Source: Anaerolineaceae bacterium | Lineage (GTDB): Bacteria > Chloroflexota > Anaerolineae > Aggregatilineales > Phototrophicaceae | Direction of reading: 5' to 3' | Length of the DNA: 64,000 bases | NCBI GenBank assembly: GCA_026708325.1 | Contig: JAPOVC010000017.1 | Coordinates: 13,667-77,666 of the forward strand | Part shown: in pieces, positions 57,725 through 64,000 of the stretch | Layout: each line of letters starts with the position of its first letter | Position numbering within the stretch: position 1 is the first letter of the stretch | Made by a program: the position numbers and the translations under genes | Notes under the pieces: model-generated | The model's database searches: none | What the model was told of the DNA's origin: nothing | What the model saw: only the letters and a program-made list of their open reading frames with translations

Positions 57725-58476
57725 GCGACCTGCGCTTCGCCGCGCCCGTCGAACGGCGCGTCGCCCTGGTCACCGGCGGCGCGCGCGGCATCGGCCGCGC
57801 CACGGCCCTGCGCATCGCCCGCGAGGGACGCGACGTCGCCCTGCTGGACCTGCTGGACGACGAGGGCGCCGAAACAGTGGGCGCCATCGAGGCCCTGGGT
57901 CAGCGCGCCATCCATCTGCGCGCCGACGTGACGGACGAGGCAGCCGTGCACGAGGCCGTGGCGCAGACCGTCGCACAACTGGGCCGTCTCGATATCCTGG
58001 TCTGCTGCGCCGGCGTGCTGGGCGCGGAAGTGCCCTTCATGGAACAGACGGCGGCCGATTTCGATCGCGTCATGCGCATCAACGTGTACGGCGTGTTTTA
58101 CGCCCATCAGGCCGCCGTGCCGCACATGCTGCAGCGCGGCTGGGGCCGTTGCGTGACCATCACCTCCGGCGCGCGCATGGGCGGCACCCACGTCGTGCCC
58201 TATTCCTGCTCGAAGGGCGCCGTCTGGTCGATGGTGCGGGCCCTGGGAAACGCCTGGCCGCGGCAGAACGTCTTCGTCAACGGCGTCGAGCCGGGCCGCG
58301 CCCTGACCGACATGGTCGTGCCGCGCTTCTCGCAGGAGTTTCTGGACAACCCGCCGACCGCCATCGGCCGCTATTCCGACGCCGAAGAGGTCGCCGAGGT
58401 GATTGAGTTCCTCTGCTCCGAGCGCAACACCTATACCACGGGCTCGGTCTGGAGCGTCAAGGGCCAGAGCGGGTAG
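57721..58476 (+). CDS. Short-chain dehydrogenase/reductase (SDR)
   Basis: TGGARGIG, CCAG and YSCSKGAV (YxxxK). ATGA overlap with the upstream gene. Confidence 0.9.
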   Translation: MSDLRFAAPVERRVALVTGGARGIGRATALRIAREGRDVALLDLLDDEGAETVGAIEALGQRAIHLRADVTDEAAVHEAVAQTVAQLGRLDILVCCAGVLGAEVPFMEQTAADFDRVMRINVYGVFYAHQAAVPHMLQRGWGRCVTITSGARMGGTHVVPYSCSKGAVWSMVRALGNAWPRQNVFVNGVEPGRALTDMVVPRFSQEFLDNPPTAIGRYSDAEEVAEVIEFLCSERNTYTTGSVWSVKGQSG

Positions 58477-58501
58477 GGGCCCAGGAATCTCATCGGCTGT
58501 C

Positions 58502-59023
58502 TCACCACTCCATCTCCTTTTCCTTGTTCGGCAAGTACACGTGAACCGGAATCTCAAGCCTGAGAGCAGCGACCTTGACCAGAGGCGCCACATCGCGCCA
58601 ATCCAGTTTGCCGTACCCGCAGCCCAAAGCGGGGATCGCGAGGGACCCAAAGCCGAACTCTTTCCTGTGATTGGCGACCAGGTAGTCCAGCCCCTGCTCA
58701 ATGTACTCCAGCCTGGAGGTCTTGCTCCAGTGAGTCTTTGTCGGGAACAGAAGAACTCCGGGCTCCCCGTCTCCGGGCTCGGCCGGCAAGTAAATCGGCT
58801 CGCCGATTTTCAGGACGCGGTTGTAGCAGAGAGTCTCGTACTGCCTCGCGCGGTTCGGCCACTGCACTCGCATCTGTTCCGCAAGCCCGGCGCCCATCAC
58901 ACCGCCGATGTTTACGGGGATTGTGATGGCTTCTGCAGAATCTGTCATGATGTCCCCGCGAAAGTACTGGACCTGGCCCTGCCCTTCTGTGCTGCTGACT
59001 TCGTGGTTTCCGGTACTCATCAC
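58502..59023 (-). CDS. Stand-alone macrodomain protein, DarG/TARG1-like (ADP-ribose binding/hydrolase fold)
   Basis: VQYFRGDIMTDSAEAITIPVNIGGVMGAGLAEQM ... LLFPTKTHWSKTSRLEYIEQGLDYL ... SLAIPALGCGYGKLDWRDV follows the motif order I recall for DarG-type macrodomains. 173 aa with no C-terminal DarT-binding domain. G+C is visibly lower than in the flanks. Confidence 0.7.
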   Translation of the reverse strand: MMSTGNHEVSSTEGQGQVQYFRGDIMTDSAEAITIPVNIGGVMGAGLAEQMRVQWPNRARQYETLCYNRVLKIGEPIYLPAEPGDGEPGVLLFPTKTHWSKTSRLEYIEQGLDYLVANHRKEFGFGSLAIPALGCGYGKLDWRDVAPLVKVAALRLEIPVHVYLPNKEKEMEW

Positions 59024-59084
59024 TTACTCCTTTTCTGCGATAGTGGGATTATGCGATGACGGGCGCGGTCCGGAGCGGGTAGGG

Positions 59085-59239
59085 GCCCTCACCCCCCAAC
59101 CCCCTCTCCCTCAGGGAGAGGGGGAGAAAGTCAATGTTAACCTCAATATTGCCAGGGAAATGTTTCGCCTGAAGCAAAAGTCCCTCTCCCTGAGGGAAGG
59201 GCTCCCGCGGCTGAGCGGGAAAGGATTTAGGGTGAGGGC
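59085..59239. repeat. MITE-like element (155 bp) bounded by GCCCTCACCC ... GGGTGAGGGC
   Basis: The left subterminal hairpin is CCCCTCTCCCTCAGGGAGAGGGGG. The right side carries CCCTCTCCCTGAGGGAAGGG plus CTCCCGCGGCTGAGCGGGAA. The interior is AT-richer. Confidence 0.75.
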
Positions 59240-59329
59240 GACCGGCGACACCGCCGGACGTGAAGGAACAGAGCGGGTAGGGACCCCAACCCCCCTTTCC
59301 CGCTGAGTCGCGGCAACCCCTCCCGCGCA

Positions 59330-59451
59330 GGGGCAATTTATCAAATCGCCCGCCAGACGTGGACCGCATATCGCCGGGGACGCCGCGGGCGACATGAACT
59401 GTCGCCCCTGCGCCACAGGTTGGTCGCGGGACAAGGGTTAGGGGTGAGGGC
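59330..59451. repeat. Copy of the ~90-bp GGGCGA..TCGCCC hairpin repeat followed by a solitary GGGGTGAGGGC terminus
   Basis: GGGGCAATTTATCAAATCGCCCGCCAGACGTGG...GGGCGACATGAACTGTCGCCCCTGCGCCACAGG is collinear with 40947..41036. Confidence 0.75.
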
Positions 59452-59480
59452 CGCTTGCAATGCCTTTCCCCAATCCCCCT

Positions 59481-60353
59481 TTACCCGTACCACTCCACGA
59501 AGCGCCCCACCGAGGCGCGGAAGCCGTCCTCGAAGGTCCCGCCTGGGGGACGGTAGACGCTCTCCAGCGACACGACGCCCTCGTAGCCGTCGCGGCGCAG
59601 CGCCGCGGCGATCGTCGGCAGGCGCGGCCCGATGTCGCCGTGGCCGAAGGGCACGAAGTCCGCCCGCGCGTGTGCGATGTTGACGATCACGTCCTTGATG
59701 TGCACATGACCCAGCAGGCTGCCCTCGGGCCCCTGCAGCGCCTCGTAGGCGTCGGGCCAGGCGGGCTCGTTGCAGTAGAGCCCGTTGCCGGGGTCCCAGA
59801 GCAGCTTCAGACGCGTCGTGCCCAGTTCCCCGATTAGTTTGCGCGCCAGCCAGGCGGAGGTGATCATGGCGTTGTTGCCGTTTTCGACCACCAGGTTGGC
59901 GTCCATTTCTTCAGCGATTTCGACCGCCGGCGCCATCAGATGCAGCAGCTTGTCCCAGGCGCCGGCGGTGATGATCCACTCGTCGGCACCGTTGGCGCCG
60001 AAGAGGATCATCTCCTTGCGGAAGCTCATCACGCGCACCAGCGGGCAGTCCAGCGCCTGCGCGAAGTCGATGCAACGCCGCAACGCGTCCAGTTGCTGCC
60101 GGTAGACGCTGGAATCGCGCTCCAGGTCGCCCGTGACCAGACCGGCAAAGATGTGGCGCGAGATGCAGGGGACTTTCAGCCCGTGCGCATGCAGCAGGTC
60201 CTGCAGGCGCCCTGTCTGCGCGTCGTTGAGGTCGCCGACTTCAAGGTCGTCGATGTACTGCAACTCGGCGTATTCCAGGCCGAATTCGTTCATCACCGCG
60301 AAGGCATGCTCCGGGTTGCGGCTGATGCCGTCCGTGATCACCCCAAGCTTCAT
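59481..60353 (-). CDS. Sugar phosphate isomerase/epimerase (xylose-isomerase-like TIM barrel; hydroxypyruvate/2-oxo-tetronate-isomerase-like)
   Basis: 290 aa. LVVENGNN, LLWDPGN and HVHIKD motifs. ATGA overlap with the upstream dehydrogenase gene. Confidence 0.8.
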   Translation of the reverse strand: MKLGVITDGISRNPEHAFAVMNEFGLEYAELQYIDDLEVGDLNDAQTGRLQDLLHAHGLKVPCISRHIFAGLVTGDLERDSSVYRQQLDALRRCIDFAQALDCPLVRVMSFRKEMILFGANGADEWIITAGAWDKLLHLMAPAVEIAEEMDANLVVENGNNAMITSAWLARKLIGELGTTRLKLLWDPGNGLYCNEPAWPDAYEALQGPEGSLLGHVHIKDVIVNIAHARADFVPFGHGDIGPRLPTIAAALRRDGYEGVVSLESVYRPPGGTFEDGFRASVGRFVEWYG

Positions 60354-61249
60354 CGTTGCACCTCCACCCCGGAAATCGACTCGAGTATCTTGACCACGCT
60401 GGTGTTGCCCTCGTCGGGGAAGCGGCTGATGCCGGCCTTGAACAGTTCCCAGGCGGCGGCGGTGGCGAAGAGCGGCGCGCCGGTCTCGCGCCCCAGGGCC
60501 ATGGAGATGCCGAGGTCCTTGGTCATCGTCCCGATCTGGCTGCCGGTATCGACGAAGCGGCGCTCCAGAACCAGCTCGGCGTTTTCCCTGTAGAAGGGCG
60601 AGCTGCCCGCGGCGGTGTTGCTGATGACGTCGAAGAGGACCTGCCCCGGAACGTCCGCGCTGGCGCCCAGGGCCAAGGACTCGAAGATGGCGACAAAAGT
60701 GAGCCCGATGAAGGACTGCAGGCAGGCCTTCACCGTCTGCCCCATGCCCGGTTCCTCACCGACGTGGAAAATCTTCTCCCCCACCGCCGCCAGCACGTCC
60801 TGTTGCGCCGCGAATACGTCGCCGGCACCGGCGGCCATCAGGGTCAACGTGCCGCCGTCCGCGCCGGAGCGTCCGCCACTGACCGGGCTGTCGATCAGAC
60901 CCAGGCCGCTGCCCTCCAGCAGCGCCGCCGCTTCGCGCATCTCGCGCGCTTCGATGGTCGCGGTGACGATGATCGCCCCGCCCGGCGCCATGCCCGCCAG
61001 CAGGCCATCCTCGCCCTGCAGCAGGTCCATCACCTGTTGCCCGTTCATCACCATGATGAAGACTGTGTCCGAGGCGCGTCCGACATCAGCGGCGCTGGCG
61101 GCGCTTTTTCCGCCCGCCTCCTCAAGCATGGACATGCGCTCCGGCCGCAGGTCCAGCCCCGTCAGCGGAAAGCCGGCCGCCAGCAGGTTACGGGCCATGC
61201 CCATACCCATGTCACCCAGACCGATAAAGCCCACCCGTTTCGTCGCCAT
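60350..61249 (-). CDS. NAD(P)-dependent beta-hydroxyacid dehydrogenase (3-hydroxyisobutyrate dehydrogenase family), paralog 1
   Basis: Rossmann motif VGFIGLGDMGMGMARNL, SGGRSGADGGTL and a C-terminal all-helical domain. Confidence 0.85.
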   Translation of the reverse strand: MATKRVGFIGLGDMGMGMARNLLAAGFPLTGLDLRPERMSMLEEAGGKSAASAADVGRASDTVFIMVMNGQQVMDLLQGEDGLLAGMAPGGAIIVTATIEAREMREAAALLEGSGLGLIDSPVSGGRSGADGGTLTLMAAGAGDVFAAQQDVLAAVGEKIFHVGEEPGMGQTVKACLQSFIGLTFVAIFESLALGASADVPGQVLFDVISNTAAGSSPFYRENAELVLERRFVDTGSQIGTMTKDLGISMALGRETGAPLFATAAAWELFKAGISRFPDEGNTSVVKILESISGVEVQR

Positions 61250-61369
61250 GTGTCATAGTCCGTTTGTAAAGATTTAAAGAAAACAGGTACCCGCGCGGAC
61301 TATCCTGCATCCGGCTACGTAGCGCAAGGAATTACGGGGACAATGTACGGGTTCTGTCTCGGGAGATAC

Positions 61370-61446
61370 GCCCTCACCCCCCGTCCCCTTTCCCGCTCAG
61401 CCGCGGGAGCCCTTCCCTGAGGGAGAGGGGGTTGGGGGGTGAGGGA
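61370..61446. repeat. Compact (77 bp) member of the GCCCTCACCC-bounded repeat family
   Basis: GCCCTCACCCCCCGTCCCCTTTCCCGCTCAGCCGCGGGAGCCCTTCCCTGAGGGAGAGGGGGTTGGGGGGTGAGGGA. Confidence 0.75.
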
Positions 61447-61473
61447 GGGTATCTATCCCTCTGCCCCAGAACC

Positions 61474-62349
61474 CTACAAATCTTCCAGCAGCACCATCAC
61501 ACTCTGCTTGTCTTCATCGGGGAAGCGCTCGGCGGCGGCTCTCACCAGTTCGAAGGCTGCGCCGGTGACCCTGAGCGGCGCGCCGGTCTCCCGTCCCAGT
61601 TGCAGGCACAGGTCGAGGTCCTTGGCCGTGTAGCGAACCTGGTTGTCCGTGCCGCTGAAGCGCCGCGCCAGGACGTGGTCCGCCAGTTCGCGAAAGTGGT
61701 CCGCCCCGTCGTCCCCCTCTCCGCTGCCAAAGACTTCACGCAGCGCCGCGTCGGGAACTTCGGCGCGCCTGGCCAGGGACAGCGCTTCCATCAGCCCCAC
61801 GCTGGTCACCGCGTAGAAGAGCAGCGAGGCCAGCTTCAGCGCCTGGCCCTGACCCGCCTGCACACCAACCCGCAGTGTGTGGTCGCCGATCGCTGCCAGC
61901 ACGTCCCGCTGCGCTTCCAGGTCCGCCGCGAGCCCGGCTGCAAAAAGGCCCAGCGCGCCGGCCTCGGCGAAGCGGCGCCCGCCGCTGACCGGGCAGTCCA
62001 GCCAGCGCAGGCCCTTCGCCTCCAGCGACTTCGCCGCCCTGCGCATCGCGGCCGGCCCGACCGTCGCGCAGACGATGACCGTCCCGCCCGGCCGCATCCC
62101 CGCCAGCAGGCCGTCCGCGCCCTGCAGCACGTCCAGCAACTGGTCAGCATCGAAGGGCATCAGGACCACGACGTCGGAGGCGCGCCCGAGGGCCGCCGGA
62201 CTGTCAGCGACGGCGCCTCCGGCCCCTTCCAGCATGGTCACCCGTTCCTCGCGCAGGTCCAGCCCCGTCAGCGGAAAGCCGGCCGCCAGCAGGTTGCGCG
62301 CCATGCCCATGCCCATCTCGCCAAGGCCGATGAGCCCCACGCGTTTCAT
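61474..62349 (-). CDS. NAD(P)-dependent beta-hydroxyacid dehydrogenase, paralog 2
   Basis: VGLIGLGEMGMGMARNLLAAGFPLTGLDL is nearly identical at the N-terminus to paralog 1. 291 aa. Confidence 0.85.
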   Translation of the reverse strand: MKRVGLIGLGEMGMGMARNLLAAGFPLTGLDLREERVTMLEGAGGAVADSPAALGRASDVVVLMPFDADQLLDVLQGADGLLAGMRPGGTVIVCATVGPAAMRRAAKSLEAKGLRWLDCPVSGGRRFAEAGALGLFAAGLAADLEAQRDVLAAIGDHTLRVGVQAGQGQALKLASLLFYAVTSVGLMEALSLARRAEVPDAALREVFGSGEGDDGADHFRELADHVLARRFSGTDNQVRYTAKDLDLCLQLGRETGAPLRVTGAAFELVRAAAERFPDEDKQSVMVLLEDL

Positions 62350-62467
62350 GTTCTTCGCCTTTCATCTTTCCTGAATCCGGTGCATGGCACAGTAGTAAAC
62401 CATGGCGACGATGGGACCTGTCTCCCGGGTAGCGGGACAAGGGAGTAAATCACCAGTCCGGGCCCGC

Positions 62468-62529
62468 GCCCTCACCCTAAATCCTTTCCCATCCCGGGGG
62501 ATGGGAGCCCTTCCCTCAGGGAGAGGGAC
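62468..62529. repeat. Half-element of the hairpin repeat family (left terminus only)
   Basis: GCCCTCACCCTAAATCCTTTCCCATCCCGGGGGATGGGAGCCCTTCCCTCAGGGAGAGGGAC. Confidence 0.7.
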
Positions 62530-62608
62530 TTTAGCCAGGTAGCCTTGATGTCATCCTCCCCCTCTCCCGTTACTCCGGACAGGAACGGCATTCAGAGTGA
62601 AGGCCTGA

Positions 62609-63538
62609 CTAGTCGAATTCCGGCATCGGAGTCTGCCGCTCCACCGTCACGCCGGTGACCGCCTCCAGCATCTTGATCACGCTCTGCTTGTCCTCATCCG
62701 GGTAACGCGCGAAGCCCGCCTTGATCATTTCATAGGCCGCCGCCGTGGTGAAGAGCGGCGTGCCGCACTCGTGCCCCATGGCCACGCTGATGCCGACGTC
62801 CTTGGCCGTCACGCTGATCTGGCTGCCCGTGTCGATGAAGTCGCGCGCAAAGACGAAGTCGACCAACTTGCGGAAGAAGCCGGTCTCGCCCGACTGGATG
62901 GCGCTGCGGCGAAAGACGTCATGCAGGATGTCGCCGGGGATGCCGGCGCTGGCGCCGAGGGCCAGGGCCTCCAGCATGGCGATCGAACTGGTGTACATGA
63001 AGGCCTGCAACGCCGCCTTGGCCGTCTGGCCCATGCCCGGCTCCTCGCCGACGTGCTGCACCGTGTGCGCCAGGGTCTCCAGCACGTCGCGCTGCGCCTC
63101 GAGGTCCTCGCTGGCCGCGCCGACCATCAAGGCCAGCTGGCCGATCGGCGCCGTCGTGCGCCCGCCGCTGACCGAGCAGTCCATGGCGCGCAGGCCCTTT
63201 TCCGCCAGCAGGGCCGCCGCCGCGCGCACCTCGCGCGGCTCGATGGTCGAGGTGATGATGACCGTCCCGCCCGATGCCATACCCGCCGCGAGGCCCTCTT
63301 CGCCCTGCAGCGAGTCCAGCACCTGTTGGCCGTTGAAGACCATCACGATGACCGTGTCCGATGCCTGCCCTACCAGCTTCGGGCTCGCCGCGCCGACGCC
63401 GCCTTCCGCCTCCAGCATCGTCGCCCGTTCCGGCCGTACGTCGTAACCCGTCACCGGATAGCCCGCCGTCAACAGGCAGCGCGCCATCGCCAGGCCCATG
63501 TCCCCCAGTCCGATCACGCCCAGTCGTTTGCTCGCCAT
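62609..63538 (-). CDS. NAD(P)-dependent beta-hydroxyacid dehydrogenase, paralog 3
   Basis: LGVIGLGDMGLAMARCLLTAGYPVTGYDV. 309 aa, collinear with paralogs 1 and 2. Confidence 0.85.
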   Translation of the reverse strand: MASKRLGVIGLGDMGLAMARCLLTAGYPVTGYDVRPERATMLEAEGGVGAASPKLVGQASDTVIVMVFNGQQVLDSLQGEEGLAAGMASGGTVIITSTIEPREVRAAAALLAEKGLRAMDCSVSGGRTTAPIGQLALMVGAASEDLEAQRDVLETLAHTVQHVGEEPGMGQTAKAALQAFMYTSSIAMLEALALGASAGIPGDILHDVFRRSAIQSGETGFFRKLVDFVFARDFIDTGSQISVTAKDVGISVAMGHECGTPLFTTAAAYEMIKAGFARYPDEDKQSVIKMLEAVTGVTVERQTPMPEFD

Positions 63539-63629
63539 ATGACCCTTCTCTTTCCCCCTGGCTGAAGTCTTGCGTTCAATGAGTATGAACTATCCTGCAT
63601 TCACGCGCAGGGCACAAGGCATGGCAAAC

Positions 63630-64000
63630 ATCGGGAACAAGGCGGGCGACATGATATGTCGCCCGTACCAAGCTCCTGGACTGAGCGGGAAGGGCTCCCG
63701 CGACTTAGCGGGAAAAGCCAACTGCCCGGCACCGACGCGCTTTCCTGCATCCCCGGCTACGCCGCAAGCGACGCGCCGTCCCTGCGGGATGCTTCGAGCT
63801 TGCGCTCTCGCGACCCTTACACAGAATGGGGATTGTTGTACGGGCGACATACCATGTCGCCCGCAGATACAGGATGCCGCCTGCGGGCATTTCGGGTTAC
63901 GGCGGGCGATCTGATAGATCGCCCCTACAGCAGCGTTGCATCTTGTGGATCCGGGCGATCTGATCACAATCCTGCGGGATGCTTCGGGACGGGGCCCTCG
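63630..64000. repeat. Cluster of GGGCGA..TCGCCC hairpins and related short repeats, running to the window end
   Basis: GGGCGACATGATATGTCGCCC (63637 region), GGGCGACATACCATGTCGCCC, GGGCGATCTGATAGATCGCCCCTAC and GGGCGATCTGATCAC. CCTGCGGGATGCTTCG occurs twice. A GGGCTCCCGCGACTTAGCGGGAA hairpin is also present. Confidence 0.75.

Overview
High-G+C bacterial chromosomal segment, tightly packed with genes for carbohydrate and organic-acid catabolism and for transport. No rRNA, tRNA, CRISPR array, transposase or integrase was recognised. Left to right, the window contains: (1) a Dpp/Opp-type ABC importer with duplicated TIM-barrel isomerase/epimerase genes, a glutamine-synthetase-like ligase and an SDR; (2) a LacI-controlled, operon-like array of about 15 kb (11.4-26.2 kb). 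It holds a sugar ABC importer, a cyclase-family protein, 2-oxoacid dehydrogenase E1 alpha/beta with a lipoyl-domain-only protein, a PfkB kinase, two GH42-like/GHL6 paralogs, an Ldh_2 oxidoreductase, a FucI-like isomerase and a PhyH dioxygenase; (3) a rearrangement scar between two PhyH paralogs, carrying a lower-GC secreted FN3/Pro-Thr/Cys-rich protein; (4) two tandem secreted proteins built from 252-nt SH3b-like repeats, one broken by a 43-nt deletion; (5) ppc-murQ-Ldh_2, an acyl-CoA synthetase, a PdxA-like gene and a PhyH gene; (6) the most interesting locus, a translationally coupled pair TIR-NACHT-HEAT (1122 aa) plus TIR-FGE/SUMF1-domain protein (567 aa), a candidate STAND/TIR conflict system; (7) a MoeA-PBP fusion, two LLM oxidoreductases, FAH, a nucleoside hydrolase, TIM-barrel plus SDR, a stand-alone DarG/TARG1-like macrodomain in a lower-GC islet, and three tandem beta-hydroxyacid dehydrogenase paralogs. 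Most longer intergenic regions hold two families of hairpin repeats, including MITE-like 155-180 bp units bounded by GCCCTCACCC/GGGTGAGGGC. All functional calls come from motif recognition by eye. No database search was run.
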